DNA of 62,926 nucleotides, the filler included, from Octopus bimaculoides (Eukaryota): assembly GCF_001194135.2 (NCBI RefSeq). It is 8 parts of 7 records of this genome, joined end to end, with 100 filler letters (N's around TTAATTAATTAA, not from the genome) between each part and the next. Parts side by side here need not be neighbours in the genome. Positions count along the whole stretch, not along the records: positions 1 to 9,114 come from NC_069000.1; positions 9,215 to 17,290 come from NC_068994.1; 6 more parts are not named here. One strand, given 5' to 3'. Of this stretch, positions 1 to 12,347 are shown piece by piece (position 1 is the stretch's first letter; the number at the start of each line of letters is the position of its first letter). The position numbers were made by a program, and so were the translations under genes. Under the pieces are notes generated by a model. That model was not told where the DNA came from. It saw only the letters and a program-made list of their open reading frames with translations, and did not search any database.

Positions 1-106
1 ATATATGTATATGTATATGTATATATATATGTATAGACATATATATGCGTGTGTGTATGTGTGCGTGTGTGGGGGTGGTATGAGAAAATTCCCAGACTAG
101 TTATGT

Positions 107-515
107 TTAATAAAAAAGTAACTTATGTACCCGAGTTTTAACAGCATCTCCTTCGAAAGAGTTATCTTGTGCAGCAATACACCGGTCCCTGCGTTCCTGC
201 CACTTTTGGAATACGGCTTCGAAGCCGTTTTCCGTAAGCGAATCGAGGACCTTCTGCGATCAGCTCTTGATCTCGACAACGGGGTTAAAACGGTGACCTT
301 TTATTTTGGGGAAAAGGTGGAAGTCCGCAGATGCTAAATCTGGCGAATAGGGACGGTTAGGAAGCAATGCTATGTTTTGTTGGCGAGAAACTCGCGAGTG
401 AAGAAAGTTCGATGAGAGGGTGCATTGTTGTGGTTGAATATATCCATTTCTTTGCGCCCCACAAATCTGGTCACTTTGGCCGAATATCCTCCCTTAAACG
501 TTTCAGAAGGTCGTT
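107..515 (-). mobile_element. Degenerate mariner transposase, C-terminal fragment
   Basis: Minus-strand translation with stops and a frameshift gives LLKRLREDIRPK*PDLWG...HNNAPSHRTFFTREFLANK...RPYSPDLASADFHLFPK...FQKWQERRDRCIAAQDNSFEGD. These match the mariner HDNA and YSPDLAP motifs. A weak possible TIR pair lies at 82-98 and 998-1013. Confidence 0.85.
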
Positions 516-1481
516 GATTGTCCGGCGACGACCATGTGGTTGTGACGCAAGCTTCTCACCACACAGCCACGCCTATGTGTAATGAAATGTAGAATGTATG
601 TAGTATGTGTGTGGTAGAATGTGAAATCGGTGACAAATATGCGAAATGTGCTTAAAGGAACATGATGCGTGCATGAAGCAATACAATATGGGTATAAGAA
701 ATGAATATCGTTCGAGTAAAGAAATGTGAAATGTGTAAGCAGAAAGAGATGTGTATGTAAAGGAATTTGGCATAATGGAGGTGGAAAATCAATCTGCGGA
801 ATTCATTCAGACATGTGTACCCTCATTTATCAATGAGTACGATGAAGTGACTCCGAACTCTACTCATCATTTCGTATAACAGCCAGTCATTTACCATTGA
901 TTATACTCTCGTCTGACAGGAACCACATAAGCGTAACCTTGCATAGTTCAACGAGCTTCAGTTCTACAATTTGAAAACCTAGCTCGTTCAACATACATCG
1001 GGAAACTTTTCTCTTTATTTTACTTCTTCTATAAATTGACAAGGAGTTTCTTGCACAAAATATTAAAGCTATTTCTTTTCATAACACCCGAGGTTAAAAA
1101 TCAATCTTAATAACAACTCAGCACAGTTACATAATTTTATATGAAGGGATGTATGCATGTATGTACGTATATGTATGTGAGTGTATATAAATTTTATGTG
1201 TATGTGCACTTATGCAACAATGCAACAATTTCTTAGACAATCAATACCTGAAATGAAAAGTGATGATAGTAAACCGTTGGTTCAGTAGATAGAATTTATA
1301 CACACATACGAAGATATTAAACTATATACACTCACACACACATACATATGTATATGTATGTAGGTGTTTGTGTGTATGTGTGTGTGTACACGTATGTATG
1401 TATATTAAACATCAGAAGCTTTACTCACTGGCAGAAAATTGAAACACACCTACACACGACCCAAACACATACATGCATGTG

Positions 1482-1531
<50 letters not shown>

Positions 1532-1714
1532 NNNNNNNNNNNNNNNNNNNNNNNNNNNNNNNNNNNNNNNNNNNNNNNNNNNNNNNNNNNNNNNNNNNNN
1601 NNNNNNNNNNNNNNNNNNNNNNNNNNNNNNNNNNNNNNNNNNNNNNNNNNNNNNNNNNNNNNNNNNNNNNNNNNNNNNNNNNNNNNNNNNNNNNNNNNNA
1701 TATATATAGGTAGG

Positions 1715-1754
<40 letters not shown>

Positions 1755-1888
1755 CACAAACAAAACGACACATACGCATAGATACATGTACATATGTGCT
1801 TATGTATTATAGGGGTGCATAAGAGAGAGAGAAAGAGAGTAAGAGAGAAAGTGAGAAAATGAGAGAGAGTGAGAGAGAGAGAGAGAGG

Positions 1889-1930
<42 letters not shown>

Positions 1931-2211
1931 TTCAAAGGCCTCGTTTATCTTCCAATTGTCATTATTGACAGAGACTTAACCTGATTTCTAAGAAATTACT
2001 TGTAATTCTATTGCTTTGGAGTTTGGTAAGGAAGCAGAGCTTCTTTGATGTTGAACTCTTGGAGAGGTGAAAGGTCACCTTCTGATAGGATTCTATGTCC
2101 TTCTGTCTGTATGTCTGTGTGTTTGTGTAAACAATCGGAGATATTAAAGACAATTTTCGCACACATAATCCACATACACACACTTACACAGCGCACGCAT
2201 ATACATGTGTA

Positions 2212-2261
<50 letters not shown>

Positions 2262-2353
2262 ATGCAATATACACTGATAATCTACTCACACACGTGCATT
2301 ACAAAGTTATATATATGTGTGTGTATATGTATATATGTATATATATGTATGTG

Positions 2354-2415
<62 letters not shown>

Positions 2416-3030
2416 NNNNNNNNNNNNNNNNNNNNNNNNNNNNNNNNNNNNNNNNNNNNNNNNNNNNNNNNNNNNNNNNNNNNNNNNNNNNNNNNNNNNN
2501 NNNNNNNNNNNNNNNNNNNNNNNNNNNNNNNNNNNNNNNNNNNNNNNNNNNNNNNNNNNNNNNNNNNNNNNNNNNNNNNNNNNNNNNNNNNNNNNNNNNN
2601 NNNNNNNNNNNNNNNNNNNNNNNNNNNNNNNNNNNNNNNNNNNNNNNNNNNNNNNNNNNNNNNNNNNNNNNNNNNNNNNNNNNNNNNNNNNNNNNNNNNN
2701 NNNNNNNNNNNNNNNNNNNNNNNNNNNNNNNNNNNNNNNNNNNNNNNNNNNNNNNNNNNNNNNNNNNNNNNNNNNNNNNNNNNNNNNNNNNNNNNNNNNN
2801 NNNNNNNNNNNNNNNNNNNNNNNNNNNNNNNNNNNNNNNNNNNNNNNNNNNNNNNNNNNNNNNNNNNNNNNNNNNNNNNNNNNNNNNNNNNNNNNNNNNN
2901 NNNNNNNNNNNNNNNNNNNNNNNNNNNNNNNNNNNNNNNNNNNNNNNNNNNNNNNNNNNNNNNNNNNNNNNNNNNNNNNNNNNNNNNNNNNNNNNNNNNN
3001 NNNNNNNNNNNNNNNNNNNNNNNNNNNNNN

Positions 3031-3066
<36 letters not shown>

Positions 3067-3517
3067 CAGAGAGAGAGAGAGAAGCAGAGAGAGAGAGAGA
3101 AGCACAGAGAGAGAGAGAGAGAGAAGCAGAGAGAGAGAGAAGCAGAGAGAGAGAGAAGCAGAGAGAGAGATAATCTCGTTGGGTGACATGTAGAGGCGGA
3201 AGGAAACTGTGAGCACGAAGTTGAAGGCGTTAGAAGAGAGAGAGATAGAGAGTGAGTGGTAAGAGGAGAGAGAAGGAACGATTGAGAGAGAAAGTGAGAG
3301 GGGATAGAAGGAGAGGGAGGAAAGAGAGAAGCAAAGACAGAAATAGACAGAGAGAGAGGAAGAGGTGTCGGTTTGAAAGTGTATAATGGAAATTGGGAGG
3401 TGAAAGTCTTGGCCAACTTCACAATGTTTATATCGACATTTCGCTAACTTCTGAGTAATCTGATAACTACTGTTGCCATGTCATTTTATTTGTCTGTTTG
3501 TCGGTCTGTCTTTCTAC

Positions 3518-3549
<32 letters not shown>

Positions 3550-3589
3550 TTCTCTCTATTTCACTATATAAACATGTGTGTGTATATTG

Positions 3590-3617
<28 letters not shown>

Positions 3618-3623
<6 letters not shown>

Positions 3624-3770
3624 CAGAGTAAGTACATAAATGAGAAACAAGATGGAAAAAATAGTACTCGAATACCAGAGGTAGAGTAATATACTTTCTT
3701 AAAAAGCAGCAGAAATATCCTAAAAACTGTTACTCAGAGTTTCACGTTCCCGTTCGTTGGACAGTTTTGT
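3618..3770 (-). mobile_element. Penelope-like-derived non-autonomous fragment carrying a hammerhead-like fold
   Basis: Abuts a (TA)n run. The minus strand folds into type I hammerhead geometry at 3723-3768 (see findings). The PLE assignment is inferred from that motif. Confidence 0.5.
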
Positions 3771-3774
3771 TTAG

Positions 3775-4140
3775 AAGCGAGATGGCAGAATCGTTCGTAC
3801 GGCGGACAAAATGCTTAGCAATATTTCTTCTGGTTTTACGATTAGAGTTCAAATCCCTCTCCTAAAATTTCTGGCCTTGTTCCTATAGAAGAAAAGACTT
3901 TATTATTATTATTATTGATAAAGTAACGAGCTGGCAGAATGGTTAGAACGTCGGAGAAAAGAAATGCTTAGTAGCATTTCTTCCAACTCTTTACATCCTG
4001 AGTTCAAATCCCACCGAAGTCGATTTTGCCTTTGGGCCCTTCGTAATCGATAAAATAATGTACTAGTCAAGTACTGAGATCGATGTAATCAACTTGCCCC
4101 TTCTCTGAAATAATGGTCTTTGTGCCAGAATTTGTAACTG
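3775..4140 (+). mobile_element. Two tandem tRNA-derived SINEs (family A)
   Basis: A-box-like TGGCAGAAT(C/G)GTT and B-box GAGTTCAAATCC, followed by the GCCTTT...GATAAA..AGTAC domain shared with many copies in the window. Confidence 0.8.
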
Positions 4141-4743
4141 TAATTAGATACCCCTATCGATAGTGATTGTGACGGGTGGCTGAGACGGGTAGCGGTGACG
4201 GGTGGAAGTGATGTGTAACGATGACAGAGAGTTTAAAAGAGAAAAAGGTTCTGTTTTCATCGTTGTCTGGTTTTCTTCAAACTGTCATCATGTCCATAAA
4301 ACGGTGGGACCAGGGACCATCTTATCATGGAACAACCTGGGTGGTCTCTACTAACACAACGCCACTCACCTCTTGACAATTTCCGATTCTTTCTAAACCC
4401 AAGAATATTCCATCAGTCAATAAGTTGTATTTTTTTATTACTGCTCCTTACCGTAAAAGTAATTTCCCGGTTAGTCATCTCTGTGATTCGGTTTCAATTC
4501 CCTCAAAACTTTATATATATCATTAATATCATTAGAGAAGGTATTAATGTCACAACTTCACTGTTCTGCTCTTACAGTAGAAATCGAGTTTTTTTTCTTT
4601 TGTGTCAAAAGGACCGTAGAAAAAAAAAAATTTTTTTTAATATTTAAATATTTGAGTAAATATTTAAATTTGACGTTTGTATGTCTTAGATTGAAATTGT
4701 AATGATTTCTGGCCGATAACTGATGAGGGACGAGCATATGCAC

Positions 4744-4788
<45 letters not shown>

Positions 4789-7169
4789 CATACACACACA
4801 CACACATGGCACTTATCAAACTTATACCTATCAGTTTCTGTATGTTTGTATGTGTAAGGCTGTGCATATGTGTGTGTGCGTGTGTGCGTGTGTGCGTGTA
4901 TATATATATGTGTATGTGTGTGTGTGTGTGTGTGTGTGTTCGTGTGTGTATGTGTGTGTGTGTACATGTATGTATGTACATCACCTTTACCATCCGCATC
5001 CCTATTGCCTTTACTAATGTGATGAGTAACACCTCCAATTTATAATATACACTACCATCATCATCATCATCAAAGCACCACCACCGCCACCGCCATCGTA
5101 TCACAAATGCCATGACGACCAACGCTGCCACCACTGCCCCCAGCGCCATACCCACAATCACTACTACCGCCTCCCCCGCACCGACACACCCACCACTGTC
5201 ACCTCTACAAGCCATCAGCACCACAGAGCATCATCCTTAGCATCACTCCAACCAACACCACCGCCACCATCAATGTTAACACCACCACCGCCATCACTGC
5301 TACTATCATCATCATCATCATCGTCATCCTCATCCCCATCATAACCTCTAGAGAGCGAAAGCGGGACCTTTCATCTATCAATGTCATCACAGCGAGGTTT
5401 GAAACTGACCAGATTAGGTGTGTGATGATGATGACGATGATGATGATGATGGTGATGATGATGATGATGACGACGGCGATGTCTGTGTCGTGCTGACAGA
5501 ATGGGGGTGTGGCGGGGGTGGAGCCGACAAGATAACTGACCAGCACGGGTGGTAAACAACAACAACAACAAGACACCCTTAACTTCATTTCCAGACGGTC
5601 AGTGTTTTTGTTGTTGATGTTGTTGTTATCACAAGTGTTTTAAATATCACCATTGTTGTTGTTTCTGTTGTTGCTGTTGTTGTTGTTGTTGTTGTCACTG
5701 TTATTGTCAGCACCGTTAATGTAGCAGGTGTTATTAATGATAATGATGATGGTGATGCTGCTACTGCTACTGCTGCTGATGATGATGATGCTGATGATGA
5801 TGATGATGATGACGTGTATGGTGATGATTGTACCTATGGTTTGAGGATAATTTTAGCTGTTATTTCTAGCAGGTTGGGCGATCACTGAGGGGTATTATGG
5901 TTTAACTTTTATCTGGATTAATCTTAGAGGTGTTGGTCATATTTTTACAGTCAAAATGTTTTAACGAAAAATATTGGTCAGTGGATACGGCACGCTTTCG
6001 GACGTGGCTAAGTCAACCTTGGCCCCTCGTTGTCTATTAATATAGTTTAAAATATAACGAATTTATACGATGCTAGAAACAACAGTCAAATACCATCTTA
6101 TTGTATTTAAAAAAAGTGTCAAAAGAAGGCGGGACTGTCACGGCTGGAAGGCTTTAGGTCTGCTTAATCAGGTCTGACCTAAGGCTAAACAACAACAACA
6201 CAAAGGGTCTACGTGACCGTTCAACCGGCTAGAAATAGCAGACAAATCGCCCTCAAATTACAACGTACTGTTTTAAATATAGTACACTCTGGATAGTGTA
6301 GTCCTAGATATACTGTGGCTAAAATCAGGCAAGATGGTCAAGGCTGAAACACATACGTACATGCATACAAATACACACACACACACACACACATTACATA
6401 CATACACACCTATATATATACACACAGGCACCAACACACACACATATATATATAGATACACATAAACACATAGATTCACACATATATATATACACACACA
6501 TACATACATACATACATACATACATACATACATACGTACACGTGGCGGCACAAGATCAAAGGGATGCTCCTACTCGTGACGGTATAACTTGAAACAAACA
6601 AAATTAAATGTAAACACCACCACCACCACCACCACCACCACCACCACCACCACTACCAGTATCATCATTATCATTAATGTCGTCGTATTTTAATCATCGA
6701 CCCCACCACCGTCACCGTCATCACCACTATCTTGCTCTTCTTTCTCTTCCTCGCCCTCCTCCTCCTCATTATCATCATCATCAACAACAACAACGACTAT
6801 AATTACAACACAACAACAAAAGCTACGCTAACAGATGTAAAACTGTTTGATGGTTGATGATCGGGGTAGGATGTAATACGGGTGCACGGCACATGCGCAG
6901 TGTGTGTGTGTGTGTGTGTTTGATGTGGAAGTGGGGGTAGGCTAGAGGCAGGTGTCAGGAATTAATGATTTGGTCAGCTGAATTGGAAAACTGAGGGGGT
7001 GTTGGTCGTGGGTATCATCCGGGTAGGACCACCCGCCACGCTGTTTCATTCACACTCTTTACCACACACTGACATTCTTGTATCCGTCTGCTATTAACAT
7101 TTCGGGTGCATCAGCGTTTGCCAGATTCGTCAGAGTTTCCGTTAAAAATGCTTCGGGGTGCTTTAAAAA

Positions 7170-7552
7170 TTTTTAATGTTTTGAGTTCAAATCCTGCTAA
7201 GTTCAAGTTTGTCTTTCATTTCTCTGGGATCCATAAAATAATGTACCAGTCATGTACGGGAGTCGCTGGATTCAACTAGCTTCTCCACGCGCCCGCACAA
7301 ATTTCTGGCTTTGTAAGTATATTAGAAACAATTCTAATAGGATAATCGGGTGTTGGATTGGCAGAATCGTTAGCGCGTCGAGCAAAATCCTTAGCGGCAT
7401 TTCTTCGGACTTTCCACGTTCTGCGTTCAAATTTTGCCGTTGTCAACTTTCTTATTCATTCTCCTCGATAAAATAAATACCAGTTGCACTCTAGGGTCGA
7501 TCTAATCTTCTTTTCACTCTCCTTTTAATATTGCTGGCCTTGTGCCAAAATC
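7170..7552 (+). mobile_element. Two tandem SINE family A copies
   Basis: GAGTTCAAAT B-box, AAGTACCAG/GGGTCGAT core and TGGCCTTGTGCC tail, homologous to the other copies. Confidence 0.8.
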
Positions 7553-8016
7553 TGAACCCATTGTTGTTGTTGTTGTGATGTGTCCCCTTTCTGCGAATGC
7601 TTCCCTTTTGGGTGTCCCCTCTCTGCGAATGCTTCCCTTCTTCATTACAAGACATTCCATGTTCGCTGGACATAAAAACATATTTTTATTGGAGATTTTA
7701 TTGAGTGAAGACAACGATTTCTCTCTTTGACTCTAAACCAAAGAAGAAGGCGGCAGGTCAAGAAGATTGCTGTCCCTCAGCAGATTTTCTCCGGAGTGAT
7801 GATGAGAGTGAGAGTGGTGAGTTTAACTTCACTGAATAGGTTTAGTGTCGAGAGAGAGAGAGAGAGAGAGAGAGACAGAAAGAGAGAGAAACTGTGTGTG
7901 TTTACCATTTGCGTGGCTCTAGTGAAAGCAGACAAACGAGAATGGTGCTGTTTGTAAGGAGAGTCATTATGCCACCATGGCCAGATATGAAAACGAAACC
8001 TGGTAATGGTGCCTTT

Positions 8017-8235
8017 AAGGCGGGGAGCTGGCAGAAACGTTAGCACACCGGACGAAATGCTTAACGGTATTTCGTCTGTCTTTACATTCTGAGTTCAAAT
8101 TTCGCCGAGGTCGACTTTGCCTTTCATACTTTCGAGGTCGATAAATTAAGAACCAGCTGCGTACCGGGGTCGATCTAATCGACTGGCCTCCTCCCCCAAA
8201 ATTTCTAGGTCTTGTTCCTAGAGTAGAAAAGAATA
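8017..8235 (+). mobile_element. SINE family A, near full length
   Basis: AAGGCGGGGAGCTGGCAGAAACGTTAGC head, GAGTTCAAATTTC B-box and GCCTTTCATACTTTCGAGGTCGATAAA core. Confidence 0.85.
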
Positions 8236-8437
8236 TTTTATCGTCTGTTTCTCAAGTTCCAAAGTATTTTGGGCCGATGCACACTGTTCGTTTACTGTTG
8301 AAGTGTTTAATAAAAATGGTGAGTCTTGGAGGCGTTTCTGTTGCACCTTTTATGACGCCTTTGCCTCTCTTACCGTCTTCATATGTAACTGTGTCTCTTC
8401 CCAGATATTTCTTTGTAATCCATAGAGAAAAAAAAAT

Positions 8438-8725
8438 GGCTGTGGTAAGACGCTTGCTTCCCAACCATATGGTTCCGGGTTCAGTCGCACCGAGTGGCAC
8501 CTTGGGCAAGTGTCTTCTATAACCTCGGGCCAACCAAAGCCTTGTGAGTGGATTTGGCAGACGGAAACTGAAAGAAGCCCGTCATATATATATATGCGCA
8601 TGTGTGTGTGTGTCTGTGTTTGTCTCCCCCACCATCGTTTGACAACCGGTGTTGGTGTGTTTATGTCCCCGTAACTTAGCGGTCCGGCAAAAGAGACTGA
8701 TAGAATAAGTACTAGGCTTACAAAA
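8438..8725 (+). mobile_element. SINE family B
   Basis: GGCTGTGGTAAG...GGTTCAGTC tRNA-like head, CTTGGGCAAGTGTCTT box, internal (TA/TG)n and CCCCGTAACTTAGCGG...TAAGTACTAGG; homologous to 26860-27240 and 55625-56017. Confidence 0.85.
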
Positions 8726-9114
8726 TATTACGACTGTGATGATGATGATGATGATGATGATGAAACATTCCGATTTCTGGCAAATGCGGTTTTCATTGAG
8801 ATTGCTGCACGACGCTCGGAAAGAATGTACAACAACAACAACAACAACACCGTAAAGAAAGAACGGAGAAGAATGTCATATTTGTCCGTGAGAGGGCGTT
8901 GTTAGTACATTAAGACATATTAGTGGCTTGGTAGAGTGTATGGGTGAGAGTGGAGTAGATCAAGGGTGGTGAGGTGGGTGAATATCAATATGGCGGCGGC
9001 GGTGTTAATGGTGGTGTTAGTGATGGTGGGGGGGGGGTTGTGGATGTAGTGGTTGTCGTTGTGGTGGTCGTGGAATGCTTACCCGGAGTAGGTATTGCGT
9101 GAAACAGTGTAGGT

Positions 9115-9214
9115 NNNNNNNNNNNNNNNNNNNNNNNNNNNNNNNNNNNNNNNNNNNNTTAATTAATTAANNNNNNNNNNNNNNNNNNNNNNNNNNNNNN
9201 NNNNNNNNNNNNNN
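9115..9214. other. Artificial scaffold-join linker N44-TTAATTAATTAA-N44
   Basis: An identical 100-bp construct also occurs at 17291-17390, 28452-28551, 33355-33454, 42603-42702, 57771-57870 and 59862-59961. The 12-mer has stops in all frames. This is an assembly artefact. Confidence 0.95.
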
Positions 9215-9225
9215 AAAAAAATTTA

Positions 9226-9277
<52 letters not shown>

Positions 9278-10659
9278 ATATATCAGCAGAGGCCCACAGT
9301 GGCGTCCCCACATAATACAGCATTTGCACGACTACATTCATTACAACAGCAATACCACCGTCAGCACTTACAATGCCAATACTACCACCACCACCACCAC
9401 TGCTACTACTACTACTACCTCTACAAGAGCAACAGCATTAATATTATCACCACTACCACCATTGCCACATCACCCCGTCTGCCACCGTTACGAACACTAT
9501 CTCTACTACAACACCATCACCCTTCTACAACTACCACTGCCACAATTACCAGTAAAACCACTACCTTCAGCACCCTACAACAACAACAACAACAAGGGTT
9601 GACAATGTGATAAAGGAGAAAGAAGTGCAAAGTCATCTCAAAATGGCGACAACATTTATTAATATTGAAAATTAATTTTAATGAAGAAAGTTTTTTGCTC
9701 AGATTTTGACAGGACAACGCGCGCGCGCGCTTTTGTGTTGGTGTGTGTGTGTGTGTGTGTGTGTGTAGCTGTGCACGAAGTTGTGTGTGCCTGTATTTGC
9801 GCGCATTTCTACCGGTCACGTCACGACCAACCATGATTTACTTTTTATTGCCACCACTACTTTATAACATACACACTCACACACATAAACAGAGACTAAA
9901 CTCACACTTACACACATATACACATACTCATACACACATACACACACATGTACACATATATATAATATCAGATACGTTACTCACTTAAGTTTACATAAAC
10001 ATACATTCTAAATAAGCATATCCATCTACAAAGTACAATACACACCTGTTCGTATATTTACACATATGTTATAACCACTTTACACTATGGGACATGCCCT
10101 TCATCATTTGCTACCTGAGAGTCACAATGATTTCGACACCTTGCGACAGTATCACTCCTTTCAGTGGTACCAGGCAGTATTGGAGCTACCAAGGAATATC
10201 TGTGTTCTTTTGGCTGACACTGAAGTTTACTTCCTCCCTCGTCATCCATACCGTCACCCCGGTACCACTGAAACCATTCCAACCCCACAACAACCATCTT
10301 GGTTTAACACTTTCCCATGGTTTATTCTTTCCTCTCAGTTTTGGTGTTCGTCTACCTGAAATCTTCCATATCCATGATGAAGTACTTTGGATTTCCCTCC
10401 CTTCAGATCAAAACTTAGAAAGACCTTGCTAGTCTTCCTGAGACCAATTTTAGTCAGGTAGAGCTTCCATGTGTCCTCCACATCTTGCCTTCCCAACGCA
10501 CCGTCAACTTCTCAATCGGGAATTTTTGTCTGATCAGAAAAAGCAGTGAATTCATTGAGTTGGTTGGTTATTACAATAAGGCTTGGACTTATGAGCCCAC
10601 CTCCTTCGATCTCCACCTGCACATTGCATCATCACACACACACACACACACACACACGC

Positions 10660-10848
10660 ATAGATATCACGTGAATGATCACGTGACATACCAAACTGTC
10701 GGATGTTATTCTACATCGCTAGTCACAACGCTCTTTGCATCATTTTTATCTTTCGGATGGTGCTACTGCCGCTGGCTAAGTGAAGAGACTAACATTCCTA
10801 CTGACCGCAAGGCCAGTCTGGCGCAACATGACCCATGTACAGGTGAGT
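10660..10848 (+). promoter_or_regulatory. Candidate promoter/first exon with tandem E-boxes and a consensus donor
   Basis: TCACGTGA at 10667-10674 and TCACGTGAC at 10679-10687, then unique sequence ending ACAG|GTGAGT (donor at 10843). An ATG at 10828 would give MTHVQ. Confidence 0.35.
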
Positions 10849-11090
10849 GAACCTATATCTATAAATATGTATAGATATAGATATAAGTGTGTGTGTGTGT
10901 TTTGTGCGCGCACACACAAAAGACAAAAACTCCTCTACCCCCTGGGTCTAGCCAACTGAAATAAGTACCAGCCGGGTGTTGGTCCGGTCCTCTCTCCTTC
11001 CAGCTGTCACATCTTGTATGTTCCGCTGAGTTAAGGGTTGGAGAATGGAGATGGTTCGTTGAGGATCTGTGTCTCCTTGTGATTACACAG

Positions 11091-11122
11091 GCCGTAAAAC
11101 AATTAGTGAAAGCAGTGTACAG
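11091..11122 (+). CDS. Candidate 32-bp exon, product unknown
   Basis: CCTTGTGATTACACAG acceptor and CAG|GTAACC donor. It is open in both frames compatible with the 10843 donor (AVKQLVKAVY or GRKTISESSVQ). No homology recognised. Confidence 0.2.
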
Positions 11123-11273
11123 GTAACCATATTAAACTCGTTTACCTTATACACTCACTCACACACATTTCAAGCACACGCACGCGCGTAAAACAACAGC
11201 AGACGCATATTCTTCAACACACATCCATTGCGCTACGATCGCACCGTCACACAGACACACACACAAGGAAATA

Positions 11274-11308
<35 letters not shown>

Positions 11309-11458
11309 TTCTCCCGACGAACATACACATAAACATGTACACGCACACACACACACATATGTATGTATATGTATACACGTATGCATACTCACACATGTAC
11401 AAGTATACCCTACATATACACACATATTTAACCACAGATGCACACGGGTGTGTGTGTG

Positions 11459-11519
<61 letters not shown>

Positions 11520-12304
11520 NNNNNNNNNNNNNNNNNNNNNNNNNNNNNNNNNNNNNNNNNNNNNNNNNNNNNNNNNNNNNNNNNNNNNNNNNNNNNNNNN
11601 NNNNNNNNNNNNNNNNNNNNNNNNNNNNNNNNNNNNNNNNNNNNNNNNNNNNNNNNNNNNNNNNNNNNNNNNNNNNNNNNNNNNNNNNNNNNNNNNNNNN
11701 NNNNNNNNNNNNNNNNNNNNNNNNNNNNNNNNNNNNNNNNNNNNNNNNNNNNNNNNNNNNNNNNNNNNNNNNNNNNNNNNNNNNNNNNNNNNNNNNNNNN
11801 NNNNNNNNNNNNNNNNNNNNNNNNNNNNNNNNNNNNNNNNNNNNNNNNNNNNNNNNNNNNNNNNNNNNNNNNNNNNNNNNNNNNNNNNNNNNNNNNNNNN
11901 NNNNNNNNNNNNNNNNNNNNNNNNNNNNNNNNNNNNNNNNNNNNNNNNNNNNNNNNNNNNNNNNNNNNNNNNNNNNNNNNNNNNNNNNNNNNNNNNNNNN
12001 NNNNNNNNNNNNNNNNNNNNNNNNNNNNNNNNNNNNNNNNNNNNNNNNNNNNNNNNNNNNNNNNNNNNNNNNNNNNNNNNNNNNNNNNNNNNNNNNNNNN
12101 NNNNNNNNNNNNNNNNNNNNNNNNNNNNNNNNNNNNNNNNNNNNNNNNNNNNNNNNNNNNNNNNNNNNNNNNNNNNNNNNNNNNNNNNNNNNNNNNNNNN
12201 NNNNNNNNNNNNNNNNNNNNNNNNNNNNNNNNNNNNNNNNNNNNNNNNNNNTAATGATCATAGATGGATAAGTATTATCATCATCATCGTCATCATCTGA
12301 ATAG

Positions 12305-12346
<42 letters not shown>

Positions 12347-12347
12347 T

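Noticed and set aside
2008-2104. Minus-strand peptide [30 protein letters not shown] as a terminal exon
   Set aside because: There is no polypyrimidine acceptor and no recognised homology.
4719-4750. Isolated CTGATGA motifs (also ~28350, ~36695, ~48009)
   Set aside because: None has a correctly placed GAAA and pairing stems, so they are not called ribozymes.
5371-5571. Minus-strand ORF with a poly-His tract
   Set aside because: The tract is a (GAT)n microsatellite, with no domain and no convincing splice sites.
9270-9610. Poly-Thr, poly-His and poly-Gln ORFs
   Set aside because: Degenerate CAC/CAA/CTA repeats are open in several frames simply because they lack stops.
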